DNA of 64,000 bases. It comes from an uncultured Candidatus Saccharimonadales bacterium. GTDB lineage: Bacteria > Patescibacteriota > Saccharimonadia > UBA4664. The stretch lies in NCBI GenBank assembly GCA_964467655.1, contig CAYXSN010000007.1, positions 682 through 64,681 on the forward strand, read 5' to 3'. The notes beneath the pieces were generated by a model that worked only from the letters and a program-made list of their open reading frames with translations, ran no database searches and had not been told where the DNA came from. Positions 20,281-29,503 of this stretch are shown here, in pieces (the first letter of the stretch is position 1; each line of letters begins with the position of its first letter). The translations under genes were made by a program, and so were the position numbers.

Positions 20281-21056
20281 ACGGTGATGCTGCCGGTCTG
20301 CGCCAATCTTTTGCCTTGCGCTGCCTCGTATACTGCGGAGGCGCTGACGACGCAGCTGTTGGCAGGAGCCTCATGCAGCATCCGCCAGGTCTAGCCTCGG
20401 TAGATCCACACGACGCATCTGATGTCGACCCAGCTACCCGACACTATGTCGTGTATGTACGTTCAGATTTCGACAGCTATGATCAGGACTGGGTGCCAGC
20501 TGCCACCATGAGAGTCATCGGCGATGCTCACCAAGCCCGTGAATTTTGGCCAGCCATCCCTGAATACCCCGAAGCCTCCCGAGTAGCGCTGCATCCATCG
20601 CATTCCAGTGACAGGGTGCTGCTCTACACATTATTCGGCATGGCGGCCCAGGATGCACTTGACCAGGGAATCCGTTACTGGGTGGCAACAATGCGCTACT
20701 CGATGGTAATGGGGCTGTTGCGGCGCGGAATCCCCGTTTATCTGCTCAACGACGGCCAGCCGATCATCTACGAGTCGGCTCCACATCGGCCGTCATCAGG
20801 TGAACCCCTGTATGTTTGTCAGGTGCCGCTCCATCTGGTTCCGATCGCGGTCTGGGGGGACGCACCGGGCGACTTGATCGAGGGAACACGGCTATCGCGT
20901 TTCCAGGCGATGTTTCCTGAAATGGCGGCACAAGGGTATCGCTTGGCTCCTGGCGAATGGCCACTGCAAGTGCTGATTCGCGACCAGATGAAAGAGACGT
21001 TGCTGCAACTCGTGCAGGCCAGAATTGCGGCCAACGCCCAACGGTTGCGAACGTAA
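20253..21056 (+). CDS. GNAT-fold acyltransferase of LuxI / N-acyl amino acid synthase (FeeM)-like type
   Basis: ALRCLVYC, DPHD, HYVVY, ATMRVI, EASRVAL match the R..VF / D..D / R / E.SR pattern; GTG start after GAGGAG. Confidence 0.6.
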   Translation: MGHYQRRCVNGDAAGLRQSFALRCLVYCGGADDAAVGRSLMQHPPGLASVDPHDASDVDPATRHYVVYVRSDFDSYDQDWVPAATMRVIGDAHQAREFWPAIPEYPEASRVALHPSHSSDRVLLYTLFGMAAQDALDQGIRYWVATMRYSMVMGLLRRGIPVYLLNDGQPIIYESAPHRPSSGEPLYVCQVPLHLVPIAVWGDAPGDLIEGTRLSRFQAMFPEMAAQGYRLAPGEWPLQVLIRDQMKETLLQLVQARIAANAQRLRT

Positions 21057-21150
21057 GCAGCCCTCCATACGAGGATTAGCGGCAGAATCATGCCGCTAAT
21101 CCTCGTAACAATGCTACAATTAAGCATAAGAACTAAATGGCGGTACCCAT

Positions 21151-23301
21151 ATGCAACAGCTCGTAATCATCGCAGTGCTCGTGATGGTGTCTGCGGCTGA
21201 AATCATGTTAGCACTGGTCGCACTGGTCAGGTCGCCGCGGGATAGGGTCAATCAAATGTACGGCCTCATGACCGCCGGCATGGTGGTATGGGGTGCCGTC
21301 AGCTATTACGATCAAACGGCTGCGGCCAATGATCCACTGCTGCCAATTCTCGGTCTGGTTCCTTTTGCAGCCGCGGCTGGCATCGCCTACTTTTTCATTA
21401 GCTTTGCCTTTTATTTTCCCGAAACCATACCAGTAAATACTACGTTGCGCAGGATAGCGTTAATAACGTTGGCCGTAGCGGGGATCGCTGTGAGCTTGCT
21501 GGCGCTCACGACGAACACTATTGTCGGCGAGATCACCAGCGGACCACACGGCAATCACGTTGAGCCCGGTCGACTCTATATAATGTTCATAGCCTATTTT
21601 CTTACCTGCGTCATCTGGGGATTGGTCCACTTGTACCAGAAGTATCGCCATACGTCGAATCCGATCATTAAGGATCAACTCAGCTATGTGTTTGGTGGAC
21701 TACTCATCACACTCGTCATTGGTTTTTCCTCAAACGTTCTATTACCGCTCATATCGCATAATTCGCTATCGGCGCGCTTTGGCTTTATGACAACACTGGG
21801 TATGGTGTTGTTTATCGGGTATGCAATTGTGGCTCACCAGCTGTTTGATTTCAAATTAGTCGTAGCGCGATCAGTTGCATTTATCATGATCCTGACGGCG
21901 CTCGCAGCTATCTACATTGGGGGATTGCTCTTGATGATCTCGGTCATCTTTCCCGATCTTGATTTCTCGCCAGCCGAGATCGCCATTACGGTCACTATGG
22001 CCTTGGCGGTAGCCATTTCGCTACCCGCCCTGCGACACTTCTTCGAGCGGGCCACCGACCGAATATTCTTTCGCGACCACTACGATGTGCAGGCTTTACT
22101 CGATAGGGTATCAAGTATATTTGCTACTGAGCTTGAACTCAAACCGCTCATGCAAAAATTCCTAAAGGAGCTAACCGGCACCATGCGCCTGGTCAACGCC
22201 CAACTGGTGGTAATGGACGGCAAGAGTGTCTACGGTCAGGCCAGCCAAGGCAAGCTCAATGTCGAACCGCTCGGGCCAGATAGCTTACCAGTCTTCAACC
22301 ATTCTCTGATGATTGCCGACCTCATGCCGGCGAGCCATCCCAAACATGTCATGTCTGCGCAAGGTATCCAGGTAGTCACACAGCTAAGAGCCCATGGCGA
22401 ACTCGTCGGTTACTTAGCTCTAGGTGACAAGCAGGCTGGTACGGTATATTCCAATCAAGATCTGGCGGTTATCGAAATCATGCGCAAAGAACTGGCAGTT
22501 GCGGTGGCCAATGCCAAGGCGTATGACGAAATCTCTCAGTTTAACGTCACATTGCAGCAGCGCATTCGGGATGCCACCAAACGGCTCAAGGTTGCCAACA
22601 GCAACTTGCGGGCGCTCGACAAAACCAAAGACGAGTTTATTTCGATGGCCAGCCACCAGCTAGGTACGCCGCTTACAGCTATTACCGGCTACCTCTCTAT
22701 GGCACTCGATAACGACAAACACAACATGACCCAAGATCAAAAAGAGTTTGTCAGTTATGCCCTGGAGGCCGCCGAAAAGATGGTCTATATGTCGGGCGAC
22801 ATGCTCAATGTATCGCGCCTGAATTCAGGTCGCTTTATGATCCAGCGCCAACCAGCCGAACTGGTCAGTATGGTGCAACAAGAAATGCACCAGCTCGAAC
22901 CGGCCGCCGCTCGCAAGGGACTATCCCTCACAGCCGATTTACCAGATGTACCGGTCACCATTGAACTCGATGAATCGAAAACCCGCCAGGTGATCATGAA
23001 CTTTATTGATAATGCCCTGTATTACACCGAGTCTGGTGGGGTTCATGTCAAACTGGAGCAAACCTCGAACCAAGTCAAGCTAACTGTCACCGATACTGGT
23101 ATTGGGGTCCCGGCAGCCCAGCAGCCGAAGTTGTTTGTAAAGTTCTACCGGGCCGACAACGCCAAGCAAGTACGGCCGGATGGCACCGGCTTAGGGCTGT
23201 ATCTAGCCAAACGGGTGATTGAAGATCAGGGTGGGCAGCTCATATTCACGTCGGTCGAAGGAAAGGGGAGTACCTTTGGGTTCACGCTTCCCCGGTCATA
23301 A
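21151..23301 (+). CDS. Sensor histidine kinase with N-terminal 7TM region and GAF-like domain
   Basis: FISMASHQLGTPL H-box, NFIDNALYYT, DTGIG, GTGLGL. Confidence 0.9.
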   Translation: MQQLVIIAVLVMVSAAEIMLALVALVRSPRDRVNQMYGLMTAGMVVWGAVSYYDQTAAANDPLLPILGLVPFAAAAGIAYFFISFAFYFPETIPVNTTLRRIALITLAVAGIAVSLLALTTNTIVGEITSGPHGNHVEPGRLYIMFIAYFLTCVIWGLVHLYQKYRHTSNPIIKDQLSYVFGGLLITLVIGFSSNVLLPLISHNSLSARFGFMTTLGMVLFIGYAIVAHQLFDFKLVVARSVAFIMILTALAAIYIGGLLLMISVIFPDLDFSPAEIAITVTMALAVAISLPALRHFFERATDRIFFRDHYDVQALLDRVSSIFATELELKPLMQKFLKELTGTMRLVNAQLVVMDGKSVYGQASQGKLNVEPLGPDSLPVFNHSLMIADLMPASHPKHVMSAQGIQVVTQLRAHGELVGYLALGDKQAGTVYSNQDLAVIEIMRKELAVAVANAKAYDEISQFNVTLQQRIRDATKRLKVANSNLRALDKTKDEFISMASHQLGTPLTAITGYLSMALDNDKHNMTQDQKEFVSYALEAAEKMVYMSGDMLNVSRLNSGRFMIQRQPAELVSMVQQEMHQLEPAAARKGLSLTADLPDVPVTIELDESKTRQVIMNFIDNALYYTESGGVHVKLEQTSNQVKLTVTDTGIGVPAAQQPKLFVKFYRADNAKQVRPDGTGLGLYLAKRVIEDQGGQLIFTSVEGKGSTFGFTLPRS

Positions 23302-25660
23302 GGCAGCCTCACCGAACAACTGGTTTGACGTCGGCATACTAGCCTTTGGCGCGGTATTTGTGGTCGTACTGACAGTAACGGTCGCCCATACAGTGCCCAT
23401 CAGTTTTGCCTGGACACCAAACGCCTTTGCCTGGCTACCGGCAGTTAGTAGCGTGGCCAATCTGGCTTTAGTTGCTGTTTTGGCCCGGCGTCGGAACGAG
23501 GGCCAGGCTATGTTATGGTTTGCTCTCTATATTTTGTTTAATGGCTTGTGGGCTATTTTTGAAACCCTTGAACGCCTGACAAATTCACCGGCTGGTGACG
23601 CGTTTTGGAGCCAAATCATTTTCACGGTTCTTGCCTTCCTGCCGACGTTCTATTACCTGTTCATTCGCAGCTATACCGACAGGACGCGGCTGAGCGGCAG
23701 CTGGCGGATCCCGGCGGTACTGCTAACCGGCACCATGTACATTGCCTCTATGCTGGGTGGATCAGGTATGTTTCCGGTCCCAGATATATCGGAACGGCTG
23801 CGTTGGGGCTATGAGGCGCCCCAGACCATGACGTCATATCTACTGATAACTTGGGCCGTTGTTCTGGTGGGCGCTGCTGTTGCCCGGCTGGCCGGCCGCT
23901 ATCGCCACAGCCACAGTGCGACCGAGAGGTACCAAATCTGGTTTATGTCAACCGGCATTGTCTTATTGGTAGCCGTTGAATCGCTGACGGCAGTCATCCT
24001 GCCAGGACTGGGAGCCGGCGGACTGGTACCCTCGATGGGCGTCGCTGTAAATACGATTGTGGCCATCATGATCATCTATAGTGTTCAAAAATACGGCTCG
24101 CTATCATTTAATGTTAGTGACATCGCCGACTCGGTACTGGCTACCATGGCTGAAGCCGTCTTCGTAACCGATGACCAGCACCGGGTAGTGTTCGCCAACG
24201 TGGCGGCCGATAAATTGTTGGCCAGTGACCATCGAGGCATCGTCGGGCGGCCGCTCGCGGAACTGGTGGGAGGGCGACTGGTGGCCCCTCCCCATGTCTG
24301 GTCTCAGGAGGTTCAGCGTCATCACCCTACTGACATCGCTGAGCTCACACTGCCATCGACTACGGGCAAGCGAGTGGTTAATGTATACATCAGCCAATCA
24401 GTCCGGTCTGATGGTGGACATGTGTTCGTCTTGAGTGATGTAACACTCCTGAGCCAAGCCAATGCGAAGCTTCAACAATCGCACAATGAATTGGCGAAGT
24501 CGCTCGAAAAAGCCAAAGCTCTCGAAAGCCAATTGCGTGAGGAAAAGGCTAGTGTTGAGCGGCGAGTTCTGGAGGCCACTGCCGGTGTCCAGCAAGAGCA
24601 TGCCCGACTCCTGGCTTCGATCAACAGTCTTCACATGGGCTATGTGATGACGGATGCCCGCGGAACTATCATTTTGGCCAATACCGCCGCCCAAAGTCTG
24701 GTATCGCTGGGGCTCGGGTTTAAGGGCGGCCGTCTCGAAGTCGATCCTCGGGCATTGTCGGGTTTGCTTGAGCGCCATTTTGGCTTGGTGGCAAAAGTTT
24801 CCCGCTGTCTCAAGTCGGCCAGCCCGCAAACCTACCGCGGTCTGAGGTATCAGGATAAGATCATGAATGTGGGCTTACAGCCGGTCATAGCACCCACCGG
24901 CGAGACCCTCGGTGCCGTCGTCTTGCTCGATGATGTCACCGATCTGGCAAACCTCGAGCGGGCCAGGGATGAGTTCTTCTCGATCGCCAGCCATGAGTTG
25001 CGAACTCCGCTGACAGCCATTCGGGGCAATACCACCATGATCCAGGAATATTATGGCCAAAAGATCAAAGACAAAGATGTCACGTCGATGCTCAGTGACA
25101 TTCATGATTCAAGTGTCAGACTGATTGCGATAGTCAATGACTTTCTCGATATGTCACGGCTCGAGCAGGGTCGCATCAGGTTTAAATTTGAAAAAATCAA
25201 CGCCGTTGATATCTGCCGTAAAGCCGCATCCGAAATTCAGAGTACCCCGGCAATACCAGTGGTACCCATCAAGATCAGCCAGCCCAAGCCGGCGTTGCCA
25301 TTGGTGATGGCCGATCCCGATAGGTTGCTGCAGGTAGTTACCAATCTTATTGGCAATAGCCTCAAATTTACAGAGCGCGGCAGCATCACTATCAGATTTA
25401 GTCAAACCGACCAAAACGTTATCATTACAGTCACCGATACCGGTCGCGGCATCGCTCCAGAAGCCAAGCATCTACTGTTCAGGAAGTTCCAGCAAGCCAG
25501 CGACGACATTCTCACACGCGACTCCACCCGCTCGACGGGCTTGGGCCTCTACATCTCGAGAAACCTCATGCGCTCGATGTCCGGTGACCTCGAGCTCGTT
25601 GACTCGAAGCTTGATGAAGGTTCAACCTTTGCCGTGACTGTGCCAATTGCCAAAAAATAA
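23219..25660 (+). CDS. Sensor histidine kinase, 7TM + PAS (true start probably downstream of ORF start)
   Basis: SIASHELRTPL, NLIGNSLKFT, DTGRGI, TGLGL; two PAS-like segments. Confidence 0.9.
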   Translation: MKIRVGSSYSRRSKERGVPLGSRFPGHKAASPNNWFDVGILAFGAVFVVVLTVTVAHTVPISFAWTPNAFAWLPAVSSVANLALVAVLARRRNEGQAMLWFALYILFNGLWAIFETLERLTNSPAGDAFWSQIIFTVLAFLPTFYYLFIRSYTDRTRLSGSWRIPAVLLTGTMYIASMLGGSGMFPVPDISERLRWGYEAPQTMTSYLLITWAVVLVGAAVARLAGRYRHSHSATERYQIWFMSTGIVLLVAVESLTAVILPGLGAGGLVPSMGVAVNTIVAIMIIYSVQKYGSLSFNVSDIADSVLATMAEAVFVTDDQHRVVFANVAADKLLASDHRGIVGRPLAELVGGRLVAPPHVWSQEVQRHHPTDIAELTLPSTTGKRVVNVYISQSVRSDGGHVFVLSDVTLLSQANAKLQQSHNELAKSLEKAKALESQLREEKASVERRVLEATAGVQQEHARLLASINSLHMGYVMTDARGTIILANTAAQSLVSLGLGFKGGRLEVDPRALSGLLERHFGLVAKVSRCLKSASPQTYRGLRYQDKIMNVGLQPVIAPTGETLGAVVLLDDVTDLANLERARDEFFSIASHELRTPLTAIRGNTTMIQEYYGQKIKDKDVTSMLSDIHDSSVRLIAIVNDFLDMSRLEQGRIRFKFEKINAVDICRKAASEIQSTPAIPVVPIKISQPKPALPLVMADPDRLLQVVTNLIGNSLKFTERGSITIRFSQTDQNVIITVTDTGRGIAPEAKHLLFRKFQQASDDILTRDSTRSTGLGLYISRNLMRSMSGDLELVDSKLDEGSTFAVTVPIAKK

Positions 25661-25690
25661 CGTACAATCTAATCAATAAGGAAGGATACC

Positions 25691-26086
25691 ATGGCTAAAG
25701 TTCTGATCATCGAAGACGACCCGTTGATGTCCCGGATGTACCAAAAAATCTTTACATTCGAAAAGTATGATGTGGTCATGGCCAAAGACGGACAGGAAGG
25801 TCTCGACCTCGCCCGTTCAGATAAACCAACTGTTATATTGCTCGATGTCATGATGCCCAAGATGAACGGCTTTCAGGTACTTGAGAAACTCAAAAGCGAT
25901 CCCGAGACCAAATCAACGCCGGTCATCATGCTTACAAACCTAGCCGGCGAGCAAGACGCCGAAACGGCCTTAGCCAAGGGAGCCGTCAAATACATTGTCA
26001 AGAGCGAGTACGAACCCAAGCAAGTTGCCGATATGGTCAAAGAGATCATTGCTGGTTACACGCGCGGAGAAGTTCCCGGGGCATAA
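25691..26086 (+). CDS. Single-domain response regulator
   Basis: LIIEDD, LLDVMMPKMNG, YIVK. Confidence 0.9.
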   Translation: MAKVLIIEDDPLMSRMYQKIFTFEKYDVVMAKDGQEGLDLARSDKPTVILLDVMMPKMNGFQVLEKLKSDPETKSTPVIMLTNLAGEQDAETALAKGAVKYIVKSEYEPKQVADMVKEIIAGYTRGEVPGA

Positions 26087-26119
26087 CTCGGGCATAACAA
26101 GTAAGGCAGGGAGGCGGAT

Positions 26120-26521
26120 GTGCCCAAAGTACTTTTGATCGAAGATACACCCGAAATGCAAAGGATGTACTCGTATGGTTTGACAAAGGCTGGCTACGAT
26201 GTTGAAGTAGTTGGGAGCGCCGGGGAAGGCTTGGCGCACGTCCAGTCAGGGATCGATTTCGACGTTATTCTGGTTGACCTTATGCTGGCGGGCATGAGCG
26301 GCCTCGATTTTCTCAAGAGCGCCAATCTCAAAGCCCTCATGCCCAATGCAAAAATTGCGGTACTCACCAATGTCGACAATCCCGAGATAGTCGCCAAGGT
26401 GAAGGCGGCCGAGCAGATCGATGGTTATCTGATCAAATCGCAGACTGAGCCCGCCATGCTCAATGATTACCTCAACAAATTATTGGCGGCTCCACCCTCA
26501 GATCCGTTGCCAAATGCCTGA
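26120..26521 (+). CDS. Single-domain response regulator
   Basis: LLIEDT, LVDLMLAGMSG, YLIK. Confidence 0.85.
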   Translation: MPKVLLIEDTPEMQRMYSYGLTKAGYDVEVVGSAGEGLAHVQSGIDFDVILVDLMLAGMSGLDFLKSANLKALMPNAKIAVLTNVDNPEIVAKVKAAEQIDGYLIKSQTEPAMLNDYLNKLLAAPPSDPLPNA

Positions 26522-26569
26522 TTTTGCTGTACGATACTGCAGTACCTTTTCGGCAGATGAACTCGGTCC

Positions 26570-26645
26570 GGCGAGATAGCTCAGTTGGTAGAGCAGTGGC
26601 CTGAAGAGCCTCGTGTCCTCGGTTCGAGTCCGAGTCTCGCCACCA
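26570..26645 (+). tRNA. tRNA-Phe(GAA)
   Basis: GGCGAGA/TCTCGCC acceptor stem, loop CTGAAGA, TTCGAGT T-loop, encoded CCA. Confidence 0.95.
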
Positions 26646-26646
26646 T

Positions 26647-26722
26647 GCGGGTGTAGCTCAGTTGTTAGAGCGCTTCCTTGCCAAGGAAGAGGCCCAGGGT
26701 TAGAGTCCCTGTACCCGCACCA
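26647..26722 (+). tRNA. tRNA-Gly(GCC), integration target
   Basis: GCGGGTG/TACCCGC acceptor stem, CTTCC-TTGCCAA-GGAAG anticodon arm, encoded CCA; variant T-loop TTAGAGT. Confidence 0.93.
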
Positions 26723-28433
26723 TAAAGGATACATCAGGATTTGGTGTATCTTTTTTGATTTTAAAGAGCTCGTTTATACCTGTTAAGTCCCATACATTTG
26801 TGCCAGAATCGCTGGTTACAGAAGCCAATTCTGCATAGGTTGGAGTTTCGTTAAAAATGACGCTGAAAAAGTCGGCTTTTTTGAGCGGATCAGTCTGTTG
26901 GAGCAGCAAATAATCCATGTGTTGGAGAAAATATTTGGCGTACTGCAAAACGACGTCAAAATTGACCGGTTGCTCTTTCTGTTTTTGCTCCTTTTCTTCA
27001 TTCAGCTTGTTGATTTCTTGTTCGACTTGCATAAGCTCGTCCTCCATGAATTTAATGGCTGTAGGACTGCTCAGAAGCTTGATTTTATCGACTGTGGCAA
27101 ACGCCTGAGCTTGCAGCTCGCCAATGCGCTTGTCGATTAGAGCTTCGTCCTGGCCGAATTCTTCGCGGCGCTGCTGCCAGACCGTCTCTAGCGCCGCCAT
27201 GAGCGTGTCGATGTACTCCTGGGTGAAGGTTATTTTGCGCACGAACGCCTCTACCGTGGCCTCTAGCTTCTCTTTAGGCACGCGGAAATGATGCCCACGC
27301 TTGTTGCAGTGATAGCCTGGGTAGTACTTGTAGCGACCCTTGGCGGCACTGCCAAAGAACGGCCGCCTGCACTCGGAGCAGGTCACAACCTTTCGGTATG
27401 GGTACTCGGCATTGTGTATGCCTTTTCTGAGCTGGTGATCGGGCACCTGCTGCTTGCTGATAGATACGACCCCGTTTTGCATGCTCAAAATTAGCTTGCC
27501 ACGGTTGGCCTTATTGAACGTCTCAAAATCTATCAAGCCGTCAAAGCGGGCTTTCACTGGTTGGTCTTCCGTCCACTTCTCGCGGATGACTCCGGCGTAA
27601 ATCGGGTTCGCAATATAGAGCCAGAAGCGCTTGAGCGTCAGCTTATGGCCGCCGGAGCGCCCTGTGATTTGGGTCTTGTCAGTTTTGGCCCGCCGGTTTT
27701 GATAGCGCGAAGCATAGCCGAGGTTGTTGATCTCCTCGACGATCTTTGTGTCGCTCAAATGGCCCTGGCATCGCAGCTCAAACATCTTCCTGATAAATGG
27801 CGCTTCTTTCTCATTTGGTACCAGGATATAGCGCTTACCATTGCCAGTCTCTACTCGCTGGCTCGTAAGGCCATAGGGAGCTGAGCGCATCCAATAGCCC
27901 ATGCGCGTATAGCGAACCTGCGCACCGATCATACGACTTAAAATATCGCGCACTTCGTCCTTGGCACGTTCTGCTTCCAGCAATTCAGTTTTGCGGGAAG
28001 GGGAGTACTCGCTCCAGCGGTACTTTAGGCCCAGGTGTTCAAGCGTGTTCACCTTCACATTGCTAATAACACCGTAAACGTCTTCAAGTGCTACGCCGTG
28101 CGGCTCAAGTTGGCTTTTCAGCAAGTCATAGGCTGTCGAGCCTGCCCGAGTAAAGCGGTCAATTGACTTCACGATTACGACATCAATCTTGTTCTTCGGG
28201 TCTATGGCGTAATTCACCACGTCCTGCATCGGCTGGTACGACTCCTTTGATGCCGATTCCAGGTAAGTCAAAATTTTGATGATCTTGATATTGCGGCTGG
28301 GCGCGTAGCGCTGGCCCTGCTCAATTTGTGCTTCTGGCGAGTCGCCATCTATGCCCTGACCGATAGTTGAAACGCGAACGGCTAGCAGGCCGTTACGCGG
28401 ACGCTGGTAACTGGGATTCACGCCCACCTCCAA
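26700..28433 (-). CDS. Large serine recombinase (integrase)
   Basis: VRVST.GQ..DSPEAQ, KSIDRF, APYG, Zn-ribbon CSEC...YHC, coiled coil; last codons and stop lie antisense to tRNA-Gly. Confidence 0.93.
   Translation of the reverse strand: MEVGVNPSYQRPRNGLLAVRVSTIGQGIDGDSPEAQIEQGQRYAPSRNIKIIKILTYLESASKESYQPMQDVVNYAIDPKNKIDVVIVKSIDRFTRAGSTAYDLLKSQLEPHGVALEDVYGVISNVKVNTLEHLGLKYRWSEYSPSRKTELLEAERAKDEVRDILSRMIGAQVRYTRMGYWMRSAPYGLTSQRVETGNGKRYILVPNEKEAPFIRKMFELRCQGHLSDTKIVEEINNLGYASRYQNRRAKTDKTQITGRSGGHKLTLKRFWLYIANPIYAGVIREKWTEDQPVKARFDGLIDFETFNKANRGKLILSMQNGVVSISKQQVPDHQLRKGIHNAEYPYRKVVTCSECRRPFFGSAAKGRYKYYPGYHCNKRGHHFRVPKEKLEATVEAFVRKITFTQEYIDTLMAALETVWQQRREEFGQDEALIDKRIGELQAQAFATVDKIKLLSSPTAIKFMEDELMQVEQEINKLNEEKEQKQKEQPVNFDVVLQYAKYFLQHMDYLLLQQTDPLKKADFFSVIFNETPTYAELASVTSDSGTNVWDLTGINELFKIKKDTPNPDVSFMVRVQGL
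26724..26756 (+). terminator. Intrinsic terminator for the tRNA transcript, encoded antisense inside the recombinase
   Basis: GGATACATCA-GGATT-TGGTGTATC-TTTTTT right after CCA. Confidence 0.75.
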
Positions 28434-28587
28434 TCTGCCGCAAGAGTTTTTGTCCGTTTGTCTGATCCTCGACGATACGGTCGATAATCAGATTTGCGAT
28501 CACAAAGACCCTCTCCTCGGTCGGCATCGTGCAGTACACGGGCACTTCACCTGTATTTTTGTTTTTAGAACCTTTGAGTCTCCCCAT
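28393..28587 (-). CDS. Small protein upstream of recombinase (AT-hook-like N-terminus)
   Basis: MGRLKGSKNK; GAGGG RBS; overlaps recombinase start. Confidence 0.6.
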   Translation of the reverse strand: MGRLKGSKNKNTGEVPVYCTMPTEERVFVIANLIIDRIVEDQTNGQKLLRQIGGGRESQLPASA

Positions 28588-28679
28588 TACGTTTGCCCTC
28601 GTTTAGCTTGGATTTTCGCCAAAGCAAAATAAGCTTCGGCTCACAAATGGCGAAACGTTAACAATCGACTAAGCTATGA

Positions 28680-28895
28680 CTAATCTTCGGATTTGGCAGG
28701 CTGCGCGCCGGTTTTCTTGCGGGTTGAAAGCTCACCGTCAACGAGCTTCTTTAACTCGTCGTCGCCACCTTCTTTGGCGATAGCCTGCAATACAAACTCG
28801 GTCAGCGTCTGTCCGCGGCCGTAGGCAACAGCTTTTGCTCTGTTGAGAATCGCTGCACTTGCCGCTACCTGGAATCGAACTCGTGATTCTGACAT
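28680..28895 (-). CDS. Ribbon-helix-helix-like small DNA-binding protein
   Basis: RVRFQV...AKAVAYGRGQTLTEFVLQAI; TACAAT 7 nt upstream of ATG. Confidence 0.6.
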   Translation of the reverse strand: MSESRVRFQVAASAAILNRAKAVAYGRGQTLTEFVLQAIAKEGGDDELKKLVDGELSTRKKTGAQPAKSED

Positions 28896-28950
28896 ATACC
28901 TCATTGTACTACAAGTAGCACATGTCCGTATCCTCCATTAGGAGGAGCAG

Positions 28951-29286
28951 TTAATACACCACCCCTCCTTGACCGAAGGCTGCCAGCTCAGATACAGGCG
29001 TTGGCCGGAAGAATATATCCCGCTCAATCGAGATTCCTGCCGGATATTGCACCTTACTCAATTCCGATAGGGAGAAGTACCCGAACTCAGCCTCGTGGCC
29101 GCTCACCAACCCCCAGCACGTATCCTTGCCGTCAAACTCGATTGCGTACCATGTCCAGTTTGACCACGGGTGAAAGAACTTGGCGATAGCGATTTTATCC
29201 TCTGTCGGTACGTCTTCCGTTGCATAGAGCTTTGGCAGCTTTTGTGCTAATGTTTTAGTTAGTAGCTTCATGGATTTACCCTCCAA
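28951..29286 (-). CDS. DUF2958-like protein
   Basis: KFFHPWSNWTWY..E.D...GLV.G.EAEFGYFSLSEL...IERD. Confidence 0.75.
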   Translation of the reverse strand: MEGKSMKLLTKTLAQKLPKLYATEDVPTEDKIAIAKFFHPWSNWTWYAIEFDGKDTCWGLVSGHEAEFGYFSLSELSKVQYPAGISIERDIFFRPTPVSELAAFGQGGVVY

Positions 29287-29324
29287 TTAGTTGCTTAGCC
29301 GAGTTGTTAAAGTACCAATTGCTT

Positions 29325-29425
29325 ATGTACTCATTGTAGTAGTATGAGTACATTAAAGCAAGTAAAATAGCCCACTTTCTCGTTGTTATATCTACAAGTT
29401 AGGTGCAATATCCGAATTGCACCTA
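29325..29425. promoter_or_regulatory. Two perfect inverted repeats between divergent genes (operator / candidate oriT)
   Basis: ATGTACTCAT-N9-ATGAGTACAT (29325-29353) and TAGGTGCAAT-N6-ATTGCACCTA (29400-29425). Confidence 0.55.
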
Positions 29426-29503
29426 TATTTATACTTACTATCTTATTTTTACTCTTTACTTTCTCTCTTCCTTATATATAAATATATAGAAGAAAGTGAG
29501 CAT

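Noticed and set aside
26570-26645. tRNA-Phe as pseudogene because of a U-U pair in the anticodon stem
   Set aside because: Single mismatch; all other conserved features and the CCA are intact.
26498-26734. 78-aa minus-strand ORF
   Set aside because: Antisense translation of the two tRNAs.
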